Shown: in pieces, positions 38,917 to 49,025 of the stretch
Position numbering within the stretch: the first letter of the stretch is position 1
Layout of the letters: each line of letters begins with the position of its first letter
Assembly (NCBI GenBank): GCA_010093705.1
Contig: MU006090.1
Coordinates: 1,081,817 to 1,145,816 of the forward strand
DNA: 64,000 nt
Direction: 5' to 3'
From: Patellaria atrata CBS 101060
Taxonomy: Eukaryota
Notes under the pieces: generated by a model
Database searches by the model: none
Told to the model about the DNA's origin: nothing
Seen by the model: the letters and a program-made list of their open reading frames with translations, nothing else
Translations under genes and position numbers: made by a program

Positions 38917-39466
38917 ATGGGTTGGTCGTGTGTAAGTACAAGTTTATATCTTCGCTAGCGACAATTAGTCTATACTGTGCTCAAAAGAAGATGACCTATA
39001 CTTCTACCTTGCTGATTCGAGTAGTGCTCGAACAGTTGCTCAACATCGAACGGTAATGACAGGGATACCTGTATTAAGTGTAAACACTCCAAGTGCATCA
39101 AATGTGTGAAAGATGGTGGATCAGGGGTAGAATGCTTTGATGGCTTGACGGAGCCCGAAACGGGTGCATACTATTGTGTAAGTTTTCGTAGATCCCTCCG
39201 AAGCCCTAGACTTACCTGATGTAATCCAGTGTACCTGCAATTATGGTCCCATGCTTCGTGAAACGACACCGTTATGCGTAAACTGCACCCACCCTGCATG
39301 TGCTCGCTGTCAGGGTACGTCAGACCCGACAATAAACGGTCCAGTTTGTGGACAGAAGCTAAAGAGAAACAGAAGCGGTACTGCCGGCGCTCCTAGATCA
39401 GCAAGAGTGGTCAGAACTTGGAGGACTACGAATATGCATATTTGCCATGGATTTACTAGCTCTTGA
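38917..39466 (+). CDS. Small cysteine-rich protein with two tandem zinc-ribbon-like repeats (exons 38917-38931, 39025-39177, 39230 onward; 3' end uncertain)
   Basis: Two GTAAGT...CTGAT...YAG introns give MGWSC|CSNSC...CIKCKHSKCIKC...YYC|CTCNYGPM...CVNCTHPACARC with no stops. Confidence 0.75.
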
Positions 39467-39969
39467 GACTTTCATGAACTGACTGATGATTCTCAAATAT
39501 CTCTGATTTTGGGACGCCTTTTAGGGGGGTTAAACGCTGTCTTTGCAGCTATTGTCACTTTTTACTATCATTAATATTGGGGGTCTCTAATCTTACGGTA
39601 GAGGATGCCAGTGTATCTAATGTAATACAATGCCTTTAGAGTACATCTACATCTCCACGTTTCGGGTATAGGGGCTCGTATGTTATTGATATAGGTTAGG
39701 ATAGTTTGATAGCATCAAGTGTACTTGTGAGATGCTTCAGGGTGAACCACAAGTGAGAACAGTGGAAAGTTTCATTTAGCCAGTCTGATGAGGAGAGAAT
39801 GTAACTGTATAAACTAAACTCATCGTCCCCTAGTCCTCCCATCTACACCACGCTTACAGTTAACCAATGCCAGCAAAGAAAGTTATTCGCAAACACTGAC
39901 CTTATCCAAACAATACTTTAACCCTATACATACAACCCAGAAAATCAACCAGCAGTGCACTTTTACATA

Positions 39970-42330
39970 TCACCTCCTTCTCTCTTCCCTCTTAAAAGTC
40001 TCGGCTGTCCAACCAAAAGTCCTCTCCAACCGCCGTCCCCAACGTCTCGCAATATAATAAGCAATCTTTCCTCCCGGATGGGGTTCATGTATTTGAATCG
40101 TTTTACGGCCCTCAATATCTCCTGTGCGCTCGAATGACCAAGCAGAACCCCAAAGCTTCTGTGTCTTGCATCCTGCAGATGCCATAGCATGGCGGAAATC
40201 AGAAAAGGGTATCTCGCCGGGTGGGCGGTCAGTGTTTGGGTTGTGGAAGAGCGTCTTGAAAATATTGAGATCACGAAGGGGAACAAAAATGACTTCAGGA
40301 GGGGATTCTGCTGCAGGTGAACCTTCGGGTTCGTCAGGATCTTGTTCCTTCTCCAATTGATCGTCAGCCGGGCCCCGGCTTTTACGTTTAATCTTTTCCT
40401 TTGGCCTATGAAAGGAAGGGCCACTGGTTTCGTAAGTAGGGAATTGGAAGGCTTGGGTTGTTGCAGGTATTGGAGCAGGTATACTGGCGTCGTGAAGACG
40501 TCGTGCATGTTGAATGTCGGCCTGTGTAACTCGTCTTAAACCGTAAGTTTCCGGATCTATTAGGCCAAGGCTAATATGTACACTATTATCGTCGTCCTCT
40601 GTGATGGTATGCTTATCGATGGTGTTCCAGAGGATATCCAGTTGTCTCTCTACCATGGCCATTTTGGTGAGATTCTCATAGGTTCGAGGCTTGTCGCAGG
40701 GGTAGTCCAATCTCTTGAAGAAGATTTCACCGACTTGTTGTAACAAGTTTCCCTCGAATACTTCTTCTGGTGCTCGTTCCATGTTCTTATCAAGCCATTC
40801 CTTATCAGCCAAAATCTTGCCCTTTGTCTCCATCCGTCGTACCCATGGTTGGAAAGCCCGCACTTGTCGTTCAATCTCGTAGAGCAGAGCTAGATCCATC
40901 AACATGTCTTCGATAAATGCTGTCGTAAACCGTCTCTGCTTAGGGTCATTCCGCAAGACATGAACCCAGTTGTTTAGAAGTACGGGTATGCTGATGGTAC
41001 TTAATTTGTTGGGGTCGACAAAGGCATGAAGTATCCACACGATTGGGTCATTCTTGTAATGCTTAATAGCATTGGTAGTCTTAACCGTTGGGTATGTCCG
41101 GCCACTGTCACCTTCGCTTTCCTCTTGGTACGCATAATTCTTACTAAGTGGGAAAGATGTACGTAAAGCAGTACCTATTTCATGGATTAAGGTAGCTGCA
41201 AAATAAGACAAAGCTTGTCGAAGTTCAAGCAAAGCTTCCTCCAATTGAAGATCCGCCCGGGTTGCCACAGAAGGAGATCTGTTTTGCTCTAGAATTACCT
41301 CAATGCAGCCCAAGACGAAGGTCCAGACGCCAAACGAATCATATGCATTCAGGAACAATTTTGCGATACGAGTGGTGACCATGTCCGTTTTTCCCTTCTG
41401 GCCAGTCTTTTCGAGCAGATCTCTGGTATTTCCCCATCCATGTTCACCCTGCACCCGGATACAGTCAGCAAAGTAGCTTGGATCCTCTCGAAGAGTCCAA
41501 ATATGGTCCTCTGCGGCAGATTTCCTTGCATCAACAAGTATCCGCAACTTTTCAAAGTCGAGTGCTTTTGGTGTGCGGTAGGGAGCATCTTGTATCATGC
41601 TTTCGAGCGAATCGAAATAGCCATCGTTTGTGAGGACCTTGGTTTCCGGGATAATAGCAGGAACAGCATTGTACAGATCCATTATGGTGTAGTCGTGCAT
41701 GATGTCGCAGACACAGCGTCGAAGAAACTCGAGAGTCCGTGCCTGCATAAACAGCACCTCCATTCCAACCCCAACATTAACAGCTAAGGTGAATAAATCA
41801 CCCTCACATTCGGAAGCGTTTATAATCCTTCCATAATTAGCGAGATCCGTCTGACCCACAAGCAACATACCAAAGTCAGAAGGATAACGGTTACGGAGTA
41901 TATTTGCTAATGGATTGGAAGATGCTGTGTATATGTTGTCAGGAGCAAAGATGTGAGGATCGGTGCATCCACGAGAATTCAATAGAACTAAAAATGCGTT
42001 TCCATAAGAGAGATATTCAACGTTGAGATGTGGCCACAAGAACTCGAATATCCCCCATTGACCGGGCGGTTCTCTATCTAAAAGGGTTGTGAAACGATTC
42101 CGGTAGTTTCTAGGTATGCACTGTGAGGCGCTCAAAAGTTCTATCCTTTTCGGGTGACTCTTTTTATTCCATCGTTTCTGAATGGTAAGCCCGTGTCGAT
42201 CGAGGACGGCGCGTAGGGATTTTATGGTGGCGTAAATCGACTCAGTAAGCTGAACAACATACGATTTCGCAAATTTTATGTTCGTCTCCTGGGTGGCGCT
42301 AAATATTTCGGTCTCAGTAGTAAGATCCAT
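39970..42330 (-). CDS. Intronless 786-aa protein with a C-terminal HicA-like (dsRBD-fold RNase toxin-like) domain
   Basis: Single long ORF. Motifs WPHLNVEYL...LLNSRG and AEDHIWTLREDPSYF; basic KEKIKRKSRG; terminal IPFSDFRHAMASAG...GSAWSF...TIQIHEPHP...RRLERTFGW. The ORF is secure; the domain call is an inference. Confidence 0.8.
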   Translation of the reverse strand: MDLTTETEIFSATQETNIKFAKSYVVQLTESIYATIKSLRAVLDRHGLTIQKRWNKKSHPKRIELLSASQCIPRNYRNRFTTLLDREPPGQWGIFEFLWPHLNVEYLSYGNAFLVLLNSRGCTDPHIFAPDNIYTASSNPLANILRNRYPSDFGMLLVGQTDLANYGRIINASECEGDLFTLAVNVGVGMEVLFMQARTLEFLRRCVCDIMHDYTIMDLYNAVPAIIPETKVLTNDGYFDSLESMIQDAPYRTPKALDFEKLRILVDARKSAAEDHIWTLREDPSYFADCIRVQGEHGWGNTRDLLEKTGQKGKTDMVTTRIAKLFLNAYDSFGVWTFVLGCIEVILEQNRSPSVATRADLQLEEALLELRQALSYFAATLIHEIGTALRTSFPLSKNYAYQEESEGDSGRTYPTVKTTNAIKHYKNDPIVWILHAFVDPNKLSTISIPVLLNNWVHVLRNDPKQRRFTTAFIEDMLMDLALLYEIERQVRAFQPWVRRMETKGKILADKEWLDKNMERAPEEVFEGNLLQQVGEIFFKRLDYPCDKPRTYENLTKMAMVERQLDILWNTIDKHTITEDDDNSVHISLGLIDPETYGLRRVTQADIQHARRLHDASIPAPIPATTQAFQFPTYETSGPSFHRPKEKIKRKSRGPADDQLEKEQDPDEPEGSPAAESPPEVIFVPLRDLNIFKTLFHNPNTDRPPGEIPFSDFRHAMASAGCKTQKLWGSAWSFERTGDIEGRKTIQIHEPHPGGKIAYYIARRWGRRLERTFGWTAETFKREERRR

Positions 42331-42827
42331 GATGGTGAGATACCCAGGTGCAGTTGTTTTAATAGTTTGGAAACTTTGAGGGTTGAGAGAAAAAGAGAAA
42401 GAAAAGCCTTAAGTTGGCGCTCGAGACAGTAGGCAAACAAGTGAGAGACTAAGACAGATTGTGAAGAGTAAAAGTCACAAGAATTCCACTTTGAACATTA
42501 ACATTGTGCACCTGGTGCCGGAGCCTAATGACACCACTGTCATATTTACTACCTTGATCGATCATATTACAAAGCGTATAGGACGCCTCCAAGAATTTCT
42601 GACGACGCATTAATCTAAATTAAATGGCAGGTATCCGCGTAATATCCTCGATGTCGGATGAGGATTGAGGAGTGATGTTGAAATATGAAATTGCTTTTAG
42701 GTTGACGAACTTGGCGGGGAGTGCCACACGAGATCAGCTGACTTGGCGTTTAGGTTAAGTTCAATTTGGACTGTACGGAGTACACTGGAGCTCTCACTTC
42801 CCAAACCAAGAGCTTCATACCACCACC

Positions 42828-44122
42828 ATGAACCGATCTATTGAGCAAGCACTTACAAGCCTTATACCAACTTACTCCAGTCCACTACCGTCCGAATTAC
42901 TGAACTTGGCGCTTTCTATCCTTGCGCAATCGCGAACAAAAGCTAGCAGCTTAAGACCCGAGGAGGAGATCGCACGTGGTTATGCCTGTGCACATATTGC
43001 ATGCGAGAGGTAGATATGTTATCACAGTCTTCCATTCGGTTCCTCATCTGACCAATTCTTTCCAGTCTGAAACAGGTGCTCAACCTTCCTACCATCAAGC
43101 CCCACCCTCCCGTACCACCGCGAACGTATAGGAAGGTTTACAATTATTTCATAACTGCGCTTCCGGTGCGCGTTTCGAGGACAACCAGAGCAGTAGCACA
43201 GAATAAGAAAGTAGAGCATGCAATCTCGAAGTCGGCAGTGGCCAGATCGAAACCTACTCCAACTGGTACACCCAAGACGCCAACCTCCAAGGGGACACTA
43301 TCAAGGGTGACACCAAGGAAGCGAGCAGCGCCTGACAACAATGAAGGAAGGGATGCTCCACCCTGGGTCATGCCAGCGATTCGACAACTTTGTAAAGCTT
43401 TCGATGCTCCTCTCGCGGTACCCCACGTCTTTGCGGGTATCAGCTCCATCCTGAAAATAGTAAATACCTCAAAATCATTCTCCACAATCAGCTCGAATCC
43501 AACACCGACACGAACACGGACGCGCACATCTACACAAAGGCAATCTCGTGAAGCCATTGACATTGCAGAAGAACGCATACCGGGCTTACTCGTAGTCATC
43601 TTCTTATATACATATTCGAGACTATCCGGCATACACGTTACCACCGAAACGTACCTATCGCAACGGAACAAAGGTATCAATGTATTGCTGGGTCTCAAAG
43701 ATATACCACAGCGAGATCAGGGAACAATAATAGAAGATGTAGAGCAGCTACTGCGGGAGGCGCAAAATGGTTGGTTAGAACTAGATTGGTACACCAATAT
43801 TATGGAAGGTAGCGGGTTTCAGGAGGGAATGCACGATTCACAAGATGGGATTGATGTGGATGAGGAAGAGGATTCCGACATCGAAGACATGGCGGGGAAG
43901 CGTAGAAGGAATATGAAAAAGACTACAAATAATGGCATGTTAAAGAGCGGACTGGGGACAATGATGCAGGATAAGATTGATTATCTGAGTGAGGAGAGGA
44001 AAAGAGACTACATTGAGTGGAAAAAAGGGATTCTAGCACGGATGGAACGGATTGCGAATGGAGAAGAGGATGCAGAGACGGGTTATGGGAGAGATGGTAG
44101 CGGAGTCGACCAGCCATCATGA
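42828..44122 (+). CDS. ORC6: Origin recognition complex subunit 6, 2 exons
   Basis: LRPEEEIARGYACAHIACERL, PPVPPRTYRKVY; C-terminal GLGTMMQDKIDYLSEERKRDYIEWKKGIL. Confidence 0.9.
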
Positions 44123-44686
44123 GGAATCTGGACCTTGAAAAACCTATTCTTTACGAAGTTTCTGATTACATCAGCTGTCCTTACTTATGATCTACTCAAT
44201 AATACCCGTTACTATATGTCTTCCAGCGGCTCCTCGACGTGGTTCGGAAATTCTGGCCAGCTATGATGGAAAATCTCCTTGATATTAGGTACAGTACCGT
44301 ACTCACCCAAGCTCTTCTTCTAGCTTAGAAGAAATATTTTGCGTAGCAGAATTAGCACAATCATCCGATAAGCAGTAGGTCCAAAGTTCATATGTCTGCC
44401 TAGAGGTATTCTGGCTTTAGGTATGAATATCTAAAGTGTTCAGCTGAGATGGTCCCTCGATTCCCTAACCATGACCACCTGAGCCACAGTAAGCAAGGAT
44501 CAGTCGGCAACCGTTCGACTTGGGAACCCCGCCATGGATGTCACGGCTGAAAGAGCTCCGCCGCCCTGTTCAATCTCCTATGAGTCTTTCATGCGCACAT
44601 GCAAATTTACTTAATCTTCACTCTTCAATCTTTTCTTTCTCTCTTCCGCTCGTCTGATCACGAATCAACTCGGTCTTTCTCCCAAC

Positions 44687-46950
44687 ATGCGCTCAGTCAC
44701 CTTCATAATCTTCGTGAGCATAGCACTTCTACTATTGCTCCCCGCCCCCGCATCTGCTTTTGGCGCTGGTAACATCGCATCCATCTCCAAGGTCGAAGGC
44801 CGAAACTGGCGTCATGGTGATATCGAGGATATGCTCAAGACTGTCGCCTGTCTCAAGGGTCATAAATGGTCTTCGATGATGATCAAGCGCGTATACTTTG
44901 GGAACTGGTTGCGTGATTACTCCCAAGCTGTTGACGTAGGCACATTGAAAGGCGTCCAGAAAGATACTATCAGGATACTAGTATGGGTTCTTGCTTTCAT
45001 GTCGTTCGGGTATGCTACGGCCGAATTCGAGGTTACTGAGGAGAGACTGGGTGTATACAGACCGGAGGAACACATTGATAACCCTAAGGATTACGCCGAT
45101 AACACCGATGCAAGACAGTATGATAATAGATTAAGAGAGCCCATTCACCCCGAGGAGCTGGCAATAGACCCATACACAGGTACAGAACCTATTCTACCGT
45201 CTATCATCGTCTCACCCATTATTCTATAGGCATGAAAAACTATATCGCAAACGAAAGAGGTTTCTGGGCGACCAGCGCTGGCTATATCAGGTTTAGCTTC
45301 TCGAGGGCCATCCATTTTGGTAGAATGTACACCCATGGAAGGCATAGTGGGCGAGAGGAAGATCTCTGCGAAGCTCTCAGATGCCTCGGTCAAGGGCTTC
45401 ACTGCGTAGAAGACTTTGGAGCGCACACGAACTATACGGAACTCGCTCTGCGAGAGCTAGGATTTGACAACGTCTTTCCTCACACCGGTACCGCGACGCA
45501 GATGAATATCAGGGGAAAATACGTGTTCCCCCTTGTCACTGGTACGTTCGGCGGTGTAGACTTCCTGCATAGCGTGCTCGGCGAAGCTACAGACCATTTC
45601 ACGCAATCCGAGATCGACGAGATGAATATCGCATTGGGTGATGCTGCTGGTGGGTCCGGTGGGTCAGGCGGAAAGAGATCCGTCGGAGGCTCCTCGGGAT
45701 CGCAGTGTGATGTTCTCTGCGGATTGCTCGATAAAATTCCCGGTAGCGGGGGTCTTGTTCAAGAGGCGCTGAATCTCCAAAAGCTGTCGAACGAGCAAAA
45801 AGCTCAGAATGAATCGTATAGTGGAACTCGCGGCTACGACGACGGATACAGCAGCTCACGGGCTTCCGGTGCACCACCCCCAGCATTTTCTGGCCCTCCA
45901 GGCTCACAAGGCGGACCGCCAGGCCCAGGTATTCCAGGTATGAATCCCAATTTTGACCCACAGTCCGTGGTCCCCAAGATCTACCCGATTCTTGAGTTCC
46001 GCGACAAAGTCGTCCGCTCCATCTCCGCCATCGTCTCACGGATCCCCGGCCTCGAGTCACTCATCGAAAAGATCACCGAACGTGTGACGCTGTTCGTGCT
46101 ATCCCTTCTCGCACCTTTCATCCAACCAATCATCAAAGCGGCCTCTGATCAACTCAAGCAAGGCTCCTCCGCCGTCGTTAACGCAAGCGGAAAACACCAG
46201 TACGAGCCCTGGACCGATCCGCACTGCACGGATCCAACTCACTCTTTACTATCTAAAGACCACTTCTCCAACGTCCTAAATGAGCCGGCTGGCCAAGTCG
46301 CCACTGTCATCTTACAGTACATCGCCCCCCGCATCATTTTCGCGATGGACAACCCTGACATCGCCGTCGACCAGGTTCTCGACGACGTCGTGCGCGTCTT
46401 CCATCATCCTGCCCTGCGAGATCCACGGCTCGAGCTCCATAGACAGATGTTCGACGTAGTGGAACGTTGGACCCGCAAACTCCCCGACCGCGGCCGAAAC
46501 CTCAACAACGTCCTTTCATCTGAGAGCGTCCGCGCGGGGAAGAACCATTCCGGGCTCGCGCCCGAAGGGAAGCATGGCCACCACCATCACCACCATGGTC
46601 CCACCTCTCACAGCAAGGATTCGCCTTTTGATATGATCAGTCGCCGACGAGGCCTCGATCCCGAACCAGCTGGGGGGGACTATCGTCGGCCGTCTCCAGG
46701 TGGTTATGCTCGGGAAGGATACGATCAGGGATATAGTGGGCAATCGCCTTTTCCGCAGGGCGGAGTGAGTCAGCAGGATCCGTATACATATCCCACGGCG
46801 TATCAGCAGGGTTACGAGGAGCCGTACCATCAGGCCCCGCCACCACAGGCGCCGTATTCGCCGCAGCCACCATATCCCCAGGAGGGTGGATATGGGCAAG
46901 GGAGCTACGGGGGTGGGCATGATCACTATGGAGGGCAAGGGAGGTGGTAG
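44687..46950 (+). CDS. het-c: HET-C family (heterokaryon incompatibility C-like) protein with signal peptide and Gly/Pro/Tyr/Gln-rich tail, 2 exons
   Basis: Signal peptide then AFGAGNIASISKVEG, WRHGDIED, VYFGNWLRDYSQ, EEHIDNPKDY, GLHCVEDFGAHTNY, DPTHSLLSKDHFSN; intron at about 45180-45229. Orthology (het-c versus paralog) not resolved. Confidence 0.92.
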
Positions 46951-47226
46951 AAGGTTTGAAGATACCCAGTTGTATAGGTTCGGGGGCTTTCTGCGTGTTG
47001 TGTGTGTTGTACGGATTGAGATTTAGGGGCTGGGGTCTTGATTGTTGAAACAAGATTTGCGAGAAGGGGTGGCTGCAGTGTCTATTCTGCAATTTCTTTA
47101 TTTGACCATTCATCTACAGATTCACAGATTCTAGCGAGAAGAGCTCCAGTAACATCGATGTAATACAATGCCTCACGGCTAGTACAAGCACACTAAAATC
47201 TCCAAGACAGAGCCCTTCTCCCTTTA

Positions 47227-48465
47227 TCACCACTTCCCCCTCCTCCCATCCTCACCTGAAAAGTCCCGCCCCATCCTTTCCCTCTCGACCCTTGCATCGA
47301 ATTCCCGCTGCGCCTCCGCCTTCGCAAGCTGTCTGTCCTCTTCGCTCGTAGAAAACGCAAAACTATCCCCCGACGTCGCGCCTTCGGTGGTCTCGCTGCC
47401 GGCGCGTCGTTGCGCCCAGGAGCCCCTGTTCTGAGGTGAGGGTGAGGGTGGATTGGGGGCTTCGTTGCGAGGAATTGCGCTAGATGGGGCTTCGCCGCGA
47501 CGGATGCGGTCCCAAGCCGAGCCACCGGAAGAGGTAGACTCACGGCGGACGGGGGACGCGTCATCGGAGGAGTAAGAGGTATCGGGTCGCGATGGTGTCG
47601 AGAAGCCGGATGAGGGGCCGGTTAGATCTTCAAAATCGGAGGAGCGAGAGTCAGAGCTGGGGTAATCGGCCGCTTGCGGGGACATGTCGTCGTCGTCTGT
47701 ACTGCTCCTTCTCGAGCTCCACGTCGAAAGCTGTTGCTGCCTTTGTCTCTGCTGCCGCTGCTGTTGCTTGGCTTGATCCGGGCCTATTCTGCTCGCCTCA
47801 CTCTCCCACCTCTCCTGCACCTCCCGCGACACCGGTAATCCCTCCCTCTGAAGCTCCCCCCTAGCCTTCCGAATAACCTGATTCCGCAACACCTCATTGA
47901 ACTCCTTCATCTCAGGATTCGTCGCCATCATCGCCGCGCTCGTGCTCGCCGCATAGCTACTCGCCACCGCCGCCCCGAGGACCCAAAAGACCGTGCCATA
48001 CACCTGCGCCCGGATCCCGTGCAAAGCGTACCGCGCCATGTTTCCCTTCAGCGGGCCGAAGCTGTCGGGGTTGAACCTCTGCAGATCCGGCTTCCAGAAC
48101 AGAAACGCGAACGTTTCGCGGGTCTGGTACGAGCGCAAGACGCCCCAGGCGGCCCCGAGCGCCATGCCGTAGCTGCTGAACTGGCTCATGCGGCAGTAGT
48201 GGAATGCGAGGGTTTGCGCTTCCACGGGGCGCAAAGGTCGCGAGAGAAGCTTGGAGGCATGCTCGAGGTTCGTGTCGATCGAGTGCGTTTGGGCGGCGCG
48301 GGTGAAGCCCGCGAGGGGGCCAAGAATGGGGAAGGGTTTTGGGAGGCCGGAGAGATCGTAGAGTTTGTTACTGGAGGATGACGGAGAGGAGTAGGGGTCA
48401 AGATCGGAAGAGGGACTGGAGTCGGAGGAGAAGGAATCGGGGTTGGAGGTGTCTTCGAGGACCAT
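47227..48465 (-). CDS. Hypothetical fungal membrane protein, intronless
   Basis: 412-aa ORF with GC-rich codons, two hydrophobic segments, a Ser-rich linker, and AWDRIRR and AQREFDARVERER near the C-terminus. Confidence 0.75.
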   Translation of the reverse strand: MVLEDTSNPDSFSSDSSPSSDLDPYSSPSSSSNKLYDLSGLPKPFPILGPLAGFTRAAQTHSIDTNLEHASKLLSRPLRPVEAQTLAFHYCRMSQFSSYGMALGAAWGVLRSYQTRETFAFLFWKPDLQRFNPDSFGPLKGNMARYALHGIRAQVYGTVFWVLGAAVASSYAASTSAAMMATNPEMKEFNEVLRNQVIRKARGELQREGLPVSREVQERWESEASRIGPDQAKQQQRQQRQRQQQLSTWSSRRSSTDDDDMSPQAADYPSSDSRSSDFEDLTGPSSGFSTPSRPDTSYSSDDASPVRRESTSSGGSAWDRIRRGEAPSSAIPRNEAPNPPSPSPQNRGSWAQRRAGSETTEGATSGDSFAFSTSEEDRQLAKAEAQREFDARVERERMGRDFSGEDGRRGKW

Positions 48466-49025
48466 CGTTGCGGTGGTGAAGCCGAAGGGAGGGGGTATTA
48501 GGAAGAGTAGGATTAATAGGGTTTATGAAAAGATCATTTGGGAGTATGTTTCCAAGGAAATTTATCAATGGTATAAATCATAAAAGAGGTGTTAGAACTT
48601 TTTCAATTGATTGTATGGCGCTAGATATTTGATGTGAGGTTCGAATTGAAGCTTTCTAGACGGGACGTTCCCAGGCGAGGAAGACGTTGGCCCAAGCTCC
48701 ACTCTCTACGGCGCCCTTGGCGCTAAGGTACACCTTAAAGGTGCACGAGGGTATTCTTACGGAGATGTTTACTACAAGTATATCGTAATTGGAACTTCTC
48801 GGTTGCTGTGTCGGTACTGTACATTCACTCACACAAGCTAGAGCTTGGAGATTCTTTTAAGGGGCTTAGAGTTGATGGGTCTCTGCACTATACAGCTTGA
48901 AGTCAATAGTACAGTCTGCGTCATTGCGTACAGAGGAACGAGAGACGTTTTATACGACCAAACTCACAGAAGCCGAGAGCATCACGATAAAGAAATAGGC
49001 TGTAAGTTATACTGGAACTTCAATT

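Noticed and set aside
39963..40508. 181-aa alternative-frame ORF overlapping the HicA-like domain, considered as a nested antitoxin
   Set aside because: No recognisable motif; it looks like a shadow frame of the real ORF, with no independent support.
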